A stretch of 64,000 nucleotides of DNA. Source: Acidimicrobiales bacterium (lineage in GTDB: Bacteria > Actinomycetota > Acidimicrobiia > Acidimicrobiales > RAAP-2). The stretch is taken from the NCBI GenBank assembly GCA_035552095.1, contig DASZMA010000096.1, forward strand, positions 26,883 to 90,882, read 5' to 3'. The notes beneath the pieces are model-generated. The model made no database searches. It was given only the letters and a program-made list of their open reading frames with translations, and was not told the origin of the DNA. Position numbers and translations under genes: made by a program. The stretch's first letter is position 1. Each line of letters opens with the position of its first letter. This document shows, in pieces, positions 1-9,688 of the stretch.

Positions 1-749
1 TCTCCATGCAGAAGGACGGCGACTTCACCGGGAAGACCATCGCCATCCTCGACGACGGAGGCGATGACAGCCTGCTGGTCAACGAATCGTTGCTGCCCGC
101 CCTGCAGGCGGCGGGCTACAAGGTGAGCTACCGGGTCAGCCTGTCCAGCGATGCCTCCACGGCCGAGTCACAGATACCGGTCGCCATTCAGCAGATGCAG
201 TCAGACGGGGTGAACCTGGTCCTGCCGGTGGCCAGCCTGGTGGCGGCCGACCTCTTCGCCCAGGAAGCCGACGCCGACGGCTACCACCCAACCTACGTAC
301 TGTCCGACGTCAACGGCGGGGCGACTGACAACTACGCCCTCTACATGCCGGCCAGTTTCGATGGCAACATCGGCTACACCTCCCTCGACACCGGGGAGTT
401 TCAGGCCGGCCAAGCCGACGGACCCCAGGACGCCGCCTGCGCCGCCATCTACACCGCCGAAACGGGCAAGACGCTGAGCCAGAGCAACGAGGAGTACGCC
501 ACTGCGGTCACGGCCTGCGGGATCCTGAACCTCTTCGTGAAGGGGGCGACCAACGCCGGGGCCAACCTGACCCGGGCCGGGCTGAGCCAGGGCATGCAGA
601 AGATCGGGAGCTTCGCCATGCCCTACGGCTCGACGGGCAGTTTCGGGCCAGGAAAGTTTGACGCGCCGGCCTCGACCCGCAAGGTGATCTGGCGTTACAA
701 CTGCAAGTGTTGGCTCCCCGATGGCCCATTCACGGCCAATCAGTACTGA
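1..749 (+). CDS. ABC transporter substrate-binding protein, LivJ/Peripla_BP_6-like (5' end outside window)
   Basis: Open frame runs from the window edge to TGA 747-749. Its composition and length fit the C-terminal lobe of type I periplasmic binding proteins. It sits directly upstream of Liv-type permease/ATPase genes, and its stop shares one nucleotide with the next start (TGATG). Confidence 0.65.
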   Translation, partial: SMQKDGDFTGKTIAILDDGGDDSLLVNESLLPALQAAGYKVSYRVSLSSDASTAESQIPVAIQQMQSDGVNLVLPVASLVAADLFAQEADADGYHPTYVLSDVNGGATDNYALYMPASFDGNIGYTSLDTGEFQAGQADGPQDAACAAIYTAETGKTLSQSNEEYATAVTACGILNLFVKGATNAGANLTRAGLSQGMQKIGSFAMPYGSTGSFGPGKFDAPASTRKVIWRYNCKCWLPDGPFTANQY

Positions 750-3046
750 TGACCCTCTCCTCGGGCCCCGGCGTGGACGACCTCGACCCCAGCGCGCTGG
801 CCGCCGCCATGCTGGTGGAGGAGGAGCGACGGCACGAGACCACTCGCCAGCAGGACGAGACCGTTGTTCTTGGTGACGATGAATTGCTCGGCGTGGGCGG
901 CGCGTCCATGTCGCTCGGCCAGGTCCTGCGGGTGGGCGGATGGTTCACGGTCGTCGTACTGGTGCTGCTCAATCTGATCAGCGAACTCGACGGTTCGGCG
1001 TTCGCCGTTCTGTCTCCCAACATCCAGAAGACCTTCCATCTGAACGACGCTGCCCTGACGGCCGTCAATGGCTTGGGCGCGGTGGCCGTCTTCGGTGGTG
1101 CCCTCCCGCTCGGCATGCTGGCCGATCGTCGGTTCCGTCCCCTGCTCATCGGGTGCACCTCGGCGCTTTGGGGCGTATTCGCCATGGTGAGCGGGCTGGC
1201 CGCCTCGGCCTGGCAGTTCGCCGCCGTGCGGTCCATGAGCGGTCTCGGCAAAGGGAACGGGCCCGTCGTGTCGTCGTTGCTCTCGGACCGCTATCCGATA
1301 AAGGGCCGCAGTCGTATCTTCGCTTTCTACAATCTGGCCTCGGCTCTGGGCCCATCCGTCGGCCCCGTCCTGGCGGCGGGGATCGCCACGTTGGCCGGCG
1401 GGACCGAGGGGTGGCGTTGGGCCTTCGTGGTGTTGGGATTCCCCGCCATCGTGCTGGCGGTGGTCAGCGTGTTCATACCCGAGCCGGACCGGGGTGGCAA
1501 CGAGATCTCCGGCGTGGTCGAGGACGAGGTGGCCCAGGAGTTTGACGGTCAGCTGAAGACCGAACTGGAGGGCGAGACCACGACGGAGGCCGTCGCCCAG
1601 TCTTCGCCGGTGCCGGCACCGGCGGCCGCCGAGGCGATCTCCATGTCGGCCGCCTTCGACCGCCTGCGCAAAATCAAGTCCTTCAATGCCCTCATGTGCG
1701 CGCTGGGGGCCTTGGGGCTGGCCGTTTCCGGCGCGCCGGTGATCTACAACGTGCTGCTGCGGGACCAGTACGGGCTCAATGCGTTGAGCCGCGGCTACGT
1801 CCTCTCCCTGACTTCGTTGGGCGCCATCGTCGGCCTGGTGGTGGGAGGACCGGCGGCGGACCGCCTTTTCCGGAAGAATCCGGCCTCGGTCCTGCGCCTG
1901 GTGGCCGGGATGCTGGCGGTCTTCCCGTTCTTCTACGTGGCCAGCCTCTACATGCCGAAGATCTGGATGCTGGTGGTGATCCAACTGGTGGCCGGCGCCG
2001 CGCTGGCCGCGCCGTCGGCGGTCATCGCCGCCATCGTGGCCTCCATCGTGCCGTATCGGATCCGGGGCTTCTCCTTCGCCATCGTGGGCCTCTACACAAT
2101 TGTGGTCGGAGGCCTCATTGGTGGCGTGGTCACCGGGATCCTGGCCGACGCCGTGGGTGGCCGCACGGCGCTCTCCGTCGTGCTCCCGTTGGCCTGCATC
2201 GGGGCCGCCGCCTACGTGGCGCAGGCGTCGGGCCATGTGCGCCGGGACATGTCACTGGTGGTAGAGGAGATCAAGGAACAGCTCGAGGAGAACGAGCGGG
2301 TGCGCAACGGCACGGCGGACGACCACTTCATGCAGGTGCGCAATTTGGACTTCAGCTACGGCCCCGTACAGGTCCTCTTCGACATCAACCTCGAGCTGGC
2401 GAAGGGCGAGACACTGGCCCTGCTGGGCACCAACGGGGCCGGGAAGTCGACCCTGCTCCGGGCCATCTCCGGGTTGGCCCTGCCCGACCGGGGCGTCATC
2501 CGACTCAACGGACAGTCAATCACCTATCTCTCGCCGAGCGATCGGGTGCGCCAAGGGGTCATTCAGGTACCCGGTGGCCGGGCCACGTTCCCCACCATGT
2601 CGGTTGAGGAGAATCTCCTGGTCGGGGCCAGCACCTTCATCTGGGACCACGAGCGGATCGAGGCGAAGACCGAAGAGGTGCTGGAGCTGTTTCCGGCGCT
2701 GCGTCCGCTGTTGGGCCAGTCGGCCGGGACCCTCTCGGGCGGTGAGCAGCAGATGCTGGCGCTGGCCAAGGCCCTGCTGCTCGATCCCGAGATCCTGTTG
2801 ATCGACGAGCTGTCGCTCGGGCTGGCCCCCATCGTCGTGCAGGAGATCCTGAAGGTGGTGGAGCGGCTCAAGGCGGCGGGCACCACCATGATCATCGTGG
2901 AGCAGTCGATCAACGTAGCCCTGACCGTGGCCGACCGCGCTGTCTTCATGGAGAAGGGCCGCATCCGCTTCGACGGCCCGACCAGCGTCCTGCTCGAGAG
3001 CGGGGATCTTGCCCGCGCCGTGTTCTTGGGGGAGGACTTCACCTAG
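749..3046 (+). CDS. Fusion protein: N-terminal 12-TM MFS-like domain plus C-terminal LivF-type ABC ATPase
   Basis: The N-terminal ~500 aa are hydrophobic with MFS motif-A-like loops (GMLADRRFRP, GGPAADRLFRK). The C-terminal ~235 aa carry Walker A GTNGAGKST, signature LSGGEQQ and Walker B LLLIDE. ATG 749 overlaps the upstream stop (alternative ATG at 707). TAG 3044-3046 overlaps the next GTG. Confidence 0.8.
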   Translation: MTLSSGPGVDDLDPSALAAAMLVEEERRHETTRQQDETVVLGDDELLGVGGASMSLGQVLRVGGWFTVVVLVLLNLISELDGSAFAVLSPNIQKTFHLNDAALTAVNGLGAVAVFGGALPLGMLADRRFRPLLIGCTSALWGVFAMVSGLAASAWQFAAVRSMSGLGKGNGPVVSSLLSDRYPIKGRSRIFAFYNLASALGPSVGPVLAAGIATLAGGTEGWRWAFVVLGFPAIVLAVVSVFIPEPDRGGNEISGVVEDEVAQEFDGQLKTELEGETTTEAVAQSSPVPAPAAAEAISMSAAFDRLRKIKSFNALMCALGALGLAVSGAPVIYNVLLRDQYGLNALSRGYVLSLTSLGAIVGLVVGGPAADRLFRKNPASVLRLVAGMLAVFPFFYVASLYMPKIWMLVVIQLVAGAALAAPSAVIAAIVASIVPYRIRGFSFAIVGLYTIVVGGLIGGVVTGILADAVGGRTALSVVLPLACIGAAAYVAQASGHVRRDMSLVVEEIKEQLEENERVRNGTADDHFMQVRNLDFSYGPVQVLFDINLELAKGETLALLGTNGAGKSTLLRAISGLALPDRGVIRLNGQSITYLSPSDRVRQGVIQVPGGRATFPTMSVEENLLVGASTFIWDHERIEAKTEEVLELFPALRPLLGQSAGTLSGGEQQMLALAKALLLDPEILLIDELSLGLAPIVVQEILKVVERLKAAGTTMIIVEQSINVALTVADRAVFMEKGRIRFDGPTSVLLESGDLARAVFLGEDFT

Positions 3047-5898
3047 TGCTGGCCCTCACGTTCCCGCCCGCCATCTTTCTCATCGGCATTGTCACCGGCC
3101 TGGTCTACGGGCTGGTGGCGGCCGGCCTGGTCCTGATCTATCGCTGCACCGGCGTGGTGAACTTCGCCTACGGCGCGCTGGGCTCTCTGTGCGCCGGGGT
3201 CCTGGCCAAGCTGGTGCTCACCTTCCATTTCAACTATCTGCTGGTCCTGCTCCTGGTCACGGTGATGGGCGGTGTCCTCGGTGCCCTGATGGAGTTCACG
3301 GTCATCCGGCGGCTGTTTCACGCGCCGCGCATCGTGGTGCTGATCGCCACCATCGGCCTGGCCCAGCTCTTCTACTTCCTCGAGCTCATCCTGCCGCTCG
3401 GCACCAGCACCTTCCGCTTTCCCGTGCCCTTCAACCGTCAGCTGTCCATTGACGGCGTGGTCTTCAACGGCGGCGACTTCCTGGCTCTGGCCCTGGTGCC
3501 GACGATTGTGATCGTGCTGGCCATCTTCTTGACCCGCACCCCCATGGGCATGGCTATGCGCGCCTCAGCGGAGAATCCTGACGCGGCCGAACTGGCCGGC
3601 ATCAGCGTCAAGCGGATCTCCACCTACGTGTGGTCGCTGGGTGGAGCATTGGCCGCCATCACCGTCGTCCTCTACAACCCGATCCGGGGCGTCCTGGTCG
3701 GCCTGCCCCAGGACCCCTTTGGGCCCGGCATCCTCCTCCCGTCGCTGGCGGCGGCCCTGGTCGGCCGTATGACCTCGCTGCCGTGGGCCCTGGCCGGTGG
3801 CCTGGGCATGGGGGTCATTGAGTCGTTCATCAACGTGAACACCTCCAATGGCGGGACGGCTGATGCCATCTTCTTTGTGCTGATCCTGGTCCTGCTGCTG
3901 GTCCGCAAGGCTGACGTCGGCGGCGCCCAGTCCGAGGCCCTGGTGGCTATTCCACGACCCCGGCCCATTCCCGCCGTCCTCCTGCAGCGCCGACTGTTCC
4001 GCAATATCCCGCGTCTGGGCACCGCGGCGATCCTGGCGCTGGCCATCTGTCTGCCGCTGGTCATCACTGGCTCCAGTGACCTGTTCGGGGTCAGCCGCGT
4101 CTTGCTCTACGCGGTGGCGGCCATCTCCACCACGGTCCTGGTGGGTTGGTGCGGGCAGCTCTCGTTGGGTCAGTTCGCCTTCGTCGGGTTGGGATCGGTC
4201 CTGACCGGGACCTTCGAGGCGCACGGGTTGAGCTTCGCCTCGTCAGTGGGCTTCGCCACCATTCTCGGCGCGCTGGCCGGAGTGCTGGTCGGGGCGCCGG
4301 CGTTGCGCATCCGCGGCCTCATGCTGCCAGTCACCACGTTCGCCTTCGCCGTGGCCGCCAGCACCTGGTTCTTCCCGTTGCCGTTCATCTCGGGGTCGGG
4401 CGGCTCGTTGTCCACGCCACCGGGCACCTTCTTCGGCATCAACCTGGCCAACGAGCGCAACTACTACTACCTCTGCTTGGCCGTCCTGGTCCTGTTGGCC
4501 GCTGGCGTGTCGCACTGGCGCAAGACCGGGGTGGGCCGGATGATCATCGCGGTGCGGGAGAACCAGGAGCGGGCCGAGTCACTGACCGTCTCCCCAGCCC
4601 TGGTCAAGCTCTCGGTCTTCGCTTTCACCGCCGGGGTGGCGGCGCTCTCGGGAGGCCTGCTGGCCGGGCTGCGGGTCAACTTCGACATCTCGAGTTTTGG
4701 GGCCACACTGTCGCTGCAGATCCTGGCCATCGTCATCATCGGCGGGTTGGGCACCGTCTCGGGCGCGATCATCGGCACCGTCTACGTGATCGGCCTGCCT
4801 GCCCTACTCGGCAGCTCGACCGAAGTGGTCCTGCTGACCAGCGGGGTCGGCTTGCTCGTGTTGCTGCTCTACCTGCCGGGAGGTTTGATCTCGGTGGTCT
4901 ATAGCGCCCGGGATGCGGCGTACGCGTGGCTGGCCGGGCGCATCGGCGAGGAGGCGACGCCGGCTCAGGCCGCGCCGCCCCCGGTCAAGCGGCCCTTCCC
5001 GGCCAGCGCCGCGCCGGCCGCGCCGGCCGCGACGACGGTGGCGGGACCGGTGTTGGTGGCTTGCGATGTGACGGTCGCCCTGGGTGGGCGCACCATCTTG
5101 GACAGCGTGTCTCTGACGGCTGACCAGGGTGAGACAGTGGGCTTGATCGGCGCCAACGGGGCCGGCAAGTCCACGCTGATGAACGCCCTGAGCGGCTTCG
5201 TGCGCATCAGCGGGGGAGCGATCGACGTCTTCGGCATCGACGTCAGCCACAACTCGGCCCACCAGCGGGCCCGCAGCGGTATGGGTCGAATCTTCCAGGA
5301 CGCTCGCCTCTTCGGGGACCTCACTGTCAACGAGGCGATCAAGGTGGCGCTCGAGTCGCGCCAGCACAGCGAGTTCATCCCTTCGCTGCTGTCGTTGCCG
5401 CCGTCGCGCCGGGCTGAGCGTCGCAAGGAGTCGGAATCGACCGAGATCATCGCCTTCCTGGGGCTGGGTCGCTACGCCGACTCGCCCATCGCCACACTGT
5501 CGACCGGCACCCGGCGCATCGTCGAGCTGAGCTGCCTCATCGCTCAGGACGCCAAATTGCTCCTGCTCGACGAGCCCACGGCGGGCATCGCCCAGCGTGA
5601 GGTGGAGGCCTTTGCCCCGCTTGTCGTCCGCATCAGCCGCGAGCTGGGAGCCACCGTGTTGATCATTGAGCACGACCTTCCGTTGGTCAGCGCCATCAGC
5701 GACCGCATGTACTGCATGTCGCTGGGCACGATGATCGCCGAGGGAACACCGGAGCAGGTCAGTCACGATCCGGCCGTCATCGCGGCGTATCTCGGCACGG
5801 ACGAACGCATTATCCGGCGCAGTGGGACGCTGGGCCAGCGCAACGGTTCGGCTTCTTCGGCTGGGGCGGTGCCCCGGACGGCGGAAGGGGTGGCATGA
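3046..5898 (+). CDS. Fused branched-chain-amino-acid-type ABC permease (LivH-like + LivM-like) and LivG-type ATPase
   Basis: There are two successive polytopic permease regions. The first starts with the LivH-like IFLIGIVTGLVYGLVAAGLVLIY. The ATPase that follows has Walker A GANGAGKST and Walker B LLLLDEPTAG. GTG start at 3046. Confidence 0.85.
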   Translation: MLALTFPPAIFLIGIVTGLVYGLVAAGLVLIYRCTGVVNFAYGALGSLCAGVLAKLVLTFHFNYLLVLLLVTVMGGVLGALMEFTVIRRLFHAPRIVVLIATIGLAQLFYFLELILPLGTSTFRFPVPFNRQLSIDGVVFNGGDFLALALVPTIVIVLAIFLTRTPMGMAMRASAENPDAAELAGISVKRISTYVWSLGGALAAITVVLYNPIRGVLVGLPQDPFGPGILLPSLAAALVGRMTSLPWALAGGLGMGVIESFINVNTSNGGTADAIFFVLILVLLLVRKADVGGAQSEALVAIPRPRPIPAVLLQRRLFRNIPRLGTAAILALAICLPLVITGSSDLFGVSRVLLYAVAAISTTVLVGWCGQLSLGQFAFVGLGSVLTGTFEAHGLSFASSVGFATILGALAGVLVGAPALRIRGLMLPVTTFAFAVAASTWFFPLPFISGSGGSLSTPPGTFFGINLANERNYYYLCLAVLVLLAAGVSHWRKTGVGRMIIAVRENQERAESLTVSPALVKLSVFAFTAGVAALSGGLLAGLRVNFDISSFGATLSLQILAIVIIGGLGTVSGAIIGTVYVIGLPALLGSSTEVVLLTSGVGLLVLLLYLPGGLISVVYSARDAAYAWLAGRIGEEATPAQAAPPPVKRPFPASAAPAAPAATTVAGPVLVACDVTVALGGRTILDSVSLTADQGETVGLIGANGAGKSTLMNALSGFVRISGGAIDVFGIDVSHNSAHQRARSGMGRIFQDARLFGDLTVNEAIKVALESRQHSEFIPSLLSLPPSRRAERRKESESTEIIAFLGLGRYADSPIATLSTGTRRIVELSCLIAQDAKLLLLDEPTAGIAQREVEAFAPLVVRISRELGATVLIIEHDLPLVSAISDRMYCMSLGTMIAEGTPEQVSHDPAVIAAYLGTDERIIRRSGTLGQRNGSASSAGAVPRTAEGVA

Positions 5899-6737
5899 CG
5901 GGCGGAGAGAAGGTGGGGCAACCTCGGCGGACCGGATGGCGCCGTCGCATCGGGCTCACCGAGGGCCGCCTCTATTCGACTGCCGTCGTCGTGGTCGTGG
6001 TGGCCCTCTTGGCCCCCACCCTCGCGCACTGGAAGGCTGTGGCGGCCCAGAAACCGCTGAGTGGGGTGGCCTTCTCCCACCGGCCGCCGGTGGCCAACCC
6101 GGCACCAAGCGCGCCGAGCACCACGACGCCCCCCAGTGTCCCCGTCGTCGGCACCGAGCTCTCGCCCGGCCTGAGCGGATTCTCCCTGGGTCCCCCGGTT
6201 TCGCTCCCCGGCACCGGACTGGGTGATACCTCCAGCCCGAACCCCACACCGCTGCCGCCACTGACCGCGCCGACGCAGACCGCACTGCCGACTCCGGTCA
6301 CCTGTCAGGCGGCTGCGCTCAATGCGGCCACCACGAAGCTGCTCGACCAGCTGAATGCGTCCCTGAAAGTGCTCCCGACCGGGACCCTCGAGACGGCACT
6401 CGGTCTGGCCACCGGTTGCAACACGGCCAACCCGGCCCTCTTGGCGGTGGGCGCGCTGACTGAGCTGGGCGACAATCTGACCGCGCTCTTCAACGAAGTG
6501 CCGGGAGCCAGCGCCCTGAAGCTCCCGACCATTAAACCGCTGGAGCTGCCGGCGGCCGTGCTGCCCTTCCTCGGCTCACTTAAGCCTGTCTTCGCCCCCA
6601 TCTGCGCGTCGATCAACTCGGCCACCAACATCGTCATCCTCATCGCGCCGCATTACCCACAGGTGATTGACGGGGCCTCCGCCCTGGCGCTGTTCCAGGC
6701 GGCGGTGACCTGCGGGGAGCTGACGGGAGCCAAGTAG
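5895..6737 (+). CDS. Hypothetical membrane-anchored protein: Pro/Thr/Ser-rich linker plus 4-Cys C-terminal domain
   Basis: ATGA overlap with the stop of the preceding ABC gene. One TM segment (AVVVVVVALLAPTLA), a Pro-rich spacer, then a ~170 aa domain with 4 Cys. GC3-rich codon usage. I recognise no family. Confidence 0.55.
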   Translation: MTGGEKVGQPRRTGWRRRIGLTEGRLYSTAVVVVVVALLAPTLAHWKAVAAQKPLSGVAFSHRPPVANPAPSAPSTTTPPSVPVVGTELSPGLSGFSLGPPVSLPGTGLGDTSSPNPTPLPPLTAPTQTALPTPVTCQAAALNAATTKLLDQLNASLKVLPTGTLETALGLATGCNTANPALLAVGALTELGDNLTALFNEVPGASALKLPTIKPLELPAAVLPFLGSLKPVFAPICASINSATNIVILIAPHYPQVIDGASALALFQAAVTCGELTGAK

Positions 6738-6765
6738 CGCTTCCCGTTGGCCGAGAGATGTGCCT

Positions 6766-8442
6766 TCAGGCGTGCTGGGCGGCCGCGGCATCGGCCAGGC
6801 CGAGGAGCTCGACCGCCTGCTCGCGCATCTCCACCTTGCGGATCTTGCCGGTCACCGTCATGGGGAATTCGTCGACCACGTGCACGTAGCGGGGGATCTT
6901 GTAGTGGGCCAGCTTGCCCTGGCAGAACTCCCGGATGGCCTCGGCGCTGATCGGCTCGGCCCCGTCGCGCAGCTTGACCCAGACCATCAGCTCCTCGCCG
7001 TACTTGACGTCGGGCACCCCGATCACCTGGGCGTCCTGAATATCGGGGTGCGCGTAGAGGAACTCCTCGATCTCACGGGGGTAGATGTTCTCGCCGCCCC
7101 GGATGACCATGTCCTTGATGCGGCCGGTGATGTTCACGTAGCTCTCATCGTCCATCTCCGCGATGTCGCCGGTGTGCATCCAGCGGGCCGGGTCGATCGA
7201 CTCGGCGGTCTTCTCGGGCTGCTCCCAGTAGCCGAGCATGACGGAGTAGCCCCGGGTGCAGAGCTCGCCGGCGGTCCCGCGGGGGACGGTGAGGCCGGTC
7301 TCGGGGTCGACGATCTTGACCTCCACGTGCGGGTGCACCTGCCCGACGGTGGAGACCCGCCGTTCCAGCGTGTCGGTGGCCCGGGTCTGGGTCGACACCG
7401 GGGAGGTCTCGGTCATGCCGTAACAGATGGTGATCTCGTCCATGCCCATGGTGGCCACCACCTGCTTCATCACCTCGACCGGGCACGGCGATCCGGCCAT
7501 GATGCCGGTGCGCAGGCTGGAGAGGTCGAAGGAGTCGAAGCTGGGCTCGGCCAGCTCGGCAATGAACATGGTCGGCACCCCGTAGAGCGAGGTGCAGCGT
7601 TCCTGCTCCACGGCGGCCAGGCTCGCTCGCGGCTCAAAGCCAGGGGCCGGGATCACCATGGTCGCCCCGTGGGTGGTGCAGCCGAGATTGCCCATGGTCA
7701 TGCCGAAGCAGTGGTAGAAGGGCACCGGGATGCAGACCCGGTCCTGGTCGCTGTAACGGCAGAGCTCACCCACGAAGAAGCCGTTGTTCAAAATGTTGTG
7801 GTGGCTGAGCGTGGCTCCCTTGGGGAAGCCGGTCGTGCCCGAGGTGTACTGAATGTTGATCGGCTGGTCTGCCGAGAGCTGCCCATCCACTTCGGCCAGC
7901 CGGGTCAGATCGGGCTTGGTCCCACCCAGTGCCGCCCACTGGGCCGAGCCGGTGAGCACCACCCCCTCCAACGCAGGGCATTGTGGGCGGACCTGTTCGA
8001 TCATGCCGGCGTAGTCCGATGTCTTGAAAGCAGGCGCGGCCACTAGGAGCTTCACGGCGGCCTGGCGCAGCACGAACTCGAGCTCATGGGTGCGGTAGGC
8101 CGGGTTGATGTTGACCAGGATGGCGCCGATGGCGGCCGAGGCGAACTGCAACAGCGTCCACTCCGGGAGGTTGGGGGCCCAGATGCCCACCCGGTCTCCC
8201 CGCTCGATCCCACTGTCGAGGAGCCCGGTGGCCAACCCGTCGACCGCCTGCCCGAACTGGGCGTAGGTCCAGCGCCGTTCCGAGGGCACATCGACCAGGG
8301 CCTCATTGGCGGGAAAACGGGCGATGGTCCGCCGCAGATTGGCCCCGATGGTGTCGCCCAGGAGCGGCGTGTCCGAGGTGCCCGAGGAGTACGAAGCCGG
8401 CGGGGGCGGCGAGCCCACCCGGTCCGCGCTCACTGCCCCCAT
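6766..8442 (-). CDS. AMP-dependent acyl-CoA synthetase/ligase (FadD/ACSF2-like)
   Basis: AMP-binding motif [12 protein letters not shown] and full-length adenylate-forming enzyme architecture (558 aa). The start region overlaps the stop of the upstream rhaI by 13 nt. Confidence 0.85.
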   Translation of the reverse strand: MGAVSADRVGSPPPPASYSSGTSDTPLLGDTIGANLRRTIARFPANEALVDVPSERRWTYAQFGQAVDGLATGLLDSGIERGDRVGIWAPNLPEWTLLQFASAAIGAILVNINPAYRTHELEFVLRQAAVKLLVAAPAFKTSDYAGMIEQVRPQCPALEGVVLTGSAQWAALGGTKPDLTRLAEVDGQLSADQPINIQYTSGTTGFPKGATLSHHNILNNGFFVGELCRYSDQDRVCIPVPFYHCFGMTMGNLGCTTHGATMVIPAPGFEPRASLAAVEQERCTSLYGVPTMFIAELAEPSFDSFDLSSLRTGIMAGSPCPVEVMKQVVATMGMDEITICYGMTETSPVSTQTRATDTLERRVSTVGQVHPHVEVKIVDPETGLTVPRGTAGELCTRGYSVMLGYWEQPEKTAESIDPARWMHTGDIAEMDDESYVNITGRIKDMVIRGGENIYPREIEEFLYAHPDIQDAQVIGVPDVKYGEELMVWVKLRDGAEPISAEAIREFCQGKLAHYKIPRYVHVVDEFPMTVTGKIRKVEMREQAVELLGLADAAAAQHA

Positions 8443-9596
8443 CCGGCCGTCGACGGCGTCTCGCGCTGGGCCAGCACCCGTTCGGCGTAGCCGGAGCGGG
8501 CGTAGGCGGCGAGGGGGTCGGGGTCGATGCCCATCTCCTCCCGCAGGTCTCGCAGCAACGGCCGCACGTCGGAACTGTAGGCGTCCATCAAGACCTCGTG
8601 GGCGCCGAGGACATCACCGGACTGCTGGGCCAGGGACAAGGCGTCGCGGTCGACCAGCAGCGCCTTGGCCGTCGCTTCCTGCACGTTCATGATGGAGCGG
8701 ATCTCGGCCGGGATCTGCTCCTCAATGTTGTGGCACTGGTCGAGCATGAAGGCCACCTGGGCGTCGGGGGCCAGTGCGCCGGCCTGGACGATCTCGAACA
8801 TGATCCGGAAGAGCTGGAACGGATCGGCCGCGCCCACCATGAGGTCATCGTCGGCGTAGAAGCGGCTGTTGAAGTGGAAGCCGCCCAGCCGGCCCACCCG
8901 GAGCAGCTGGGCCACAATGAATTCGATGTTGGTGCCGGGCGCGTGATGACCGGTATCGACCAGCACCATGGCCTGATCGCCCAGGGCCTGGCAGTGCAGG
9001 AGCGACGTGCCCCAGTCCGGTACGTCCATTGAGTAGAACGAAGGCTCGAACAGCTTGTATTCGAGCAGCATCCGTACCCCGGCTGGTAGGGCGGCGTACG
9101 TCTCAGTCAGAGCCTCGGCCAAGCGCTCCTGGCGGGCGGCCATGCTGTCCTGCCCCGGATAGTTGGTGCCGTCGGCGAACCATAGGGTCACGATGGATGA
9201 GCCCGTCTGCGCCGCGATGTCGATGCACTCCAACAGATGGGCGACGGCCTGGCGCCGCACCACCGGATCTGGGTTGCACACGCTGCCCAACTTGTACGCC
9301 TCCTCCTGGAAGAGGTTCGGATTGATGGCCCCGAGGCGGACGCCGGCGTCGGTGGCGTGCTTGGCCAGGTCCTCAAAGCTCTCGACCCGGTCCCAGGGAA
9401 TGTGCAGGGCCACTGACGGCGCCACCCCGGTGAAGCGGTGGACCTGGGCCGCGTCGGACACCTTCTCGTAGGCGTTTCGGGCCGCGCCCTGGCGGGCGAA
9501 TACCTTGAACCGGGTGCCCGTGAGCCCGAAGGCCCACGATGCCGTTTCGATCTCCTGATGCCGGAGCGCTTCCTTGACCACTGCCTGGTCCGCCAT
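8430..9596 (-). CDS. rhaI: L-rhamnose isomerase, actinobacterial/Pseudomonas stutzeri type (xylose-isomerase-like TIM barrel)
   Basis: 388 aa. The N-terminus ([19 protein letters not shown]...) and overall length match my recollection of this family. It lies in a locus with an rhaEW-type gene and a GH78. Confidence 0.75.
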   Translation of the reverse strand: MADQAVVKEALRHQEIETASWAFGLTGTRFKVFARQGAARNAYEKVSDAAQVHRFTGVAPSVALHIPWDRVESFEDLAKHATDAGVRLGAINPNLFQEEAYKLGSVCNPDPVVRRQAVAHLLECIDIAAQTGSSIVTLWFADGTNYPGQDSMAARQERLAEALTETYAALPAGVRMLLEYKLFEPSFYSMDVPDWGTSLLHCQALGDQAMVLVDTGHHAPGTNIEFIVAQLLRVGRLGGFHFNSRFYADDDLMVGAADPFQLFRIMFEIVQAGALAPDAQVAFMLDQCHNIEEQIPAEIRSIMNVQEATAKALLVDRDALSLAQQSGDVLGAHEVLMDAYSSDVRPLLRDLREEMGIDPDPLAAYARSGYAERVLAQRETPSTAGWGQ

Positions 9597-9624
9597 TCCG
9601 GGCCACCCCCATTTTGCTCATTTT

Positions 9625-9636
9625 TGAAACGTTACA
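9625..9636. promoter_or_regulatory. LacI-family-like operator half-palindrome TGAAACGTTACA upstream of rhaI
   Basis: 10 of 12 positions are symmetric around a central CG. It is AT-rich in a GC-rich genome and lies 29-40 bp upstream of the rhaI start codon. Confidence 0.3.
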
Positions 9637-9661
9637 AGTACCACGAACTCTAGTACCGGCT

Positions 9662-9688
9662 CCGCCTCTCCTCAAGGGGATGAGGCGG
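9662..9688. other. Stem-loop CCGCCTC(TCCTCAAGGGGAT)GAGGCGG in the rhaI/esterase divergent intergenic region
   Basis: Perfect 7-bp outer stem with additional inner pairing, followed by TGTTT on the + strand. Role unknown. Confidence 0.3.

Noticed and set aside
740-2236. Long antisense ORFs in the six-frame track. Examples: 740..2236(-), 9743..11875(-), 15188..17455(+), 16249..17325(+), 23574..24653(+), 30519..31700(-), 33672..34736(+), 51004..52404(-), 47348..48319(-), 61930..63030(+) upstream part.
   Set aside because: Their translations are dominated by Arg/Gly/Pro/Ala/His runs typical of out-of-frame or antisense reading of high-GC coding DNA. Each lies opposite a gene with clear family motifs. 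None carries a recognisable motif of its own.
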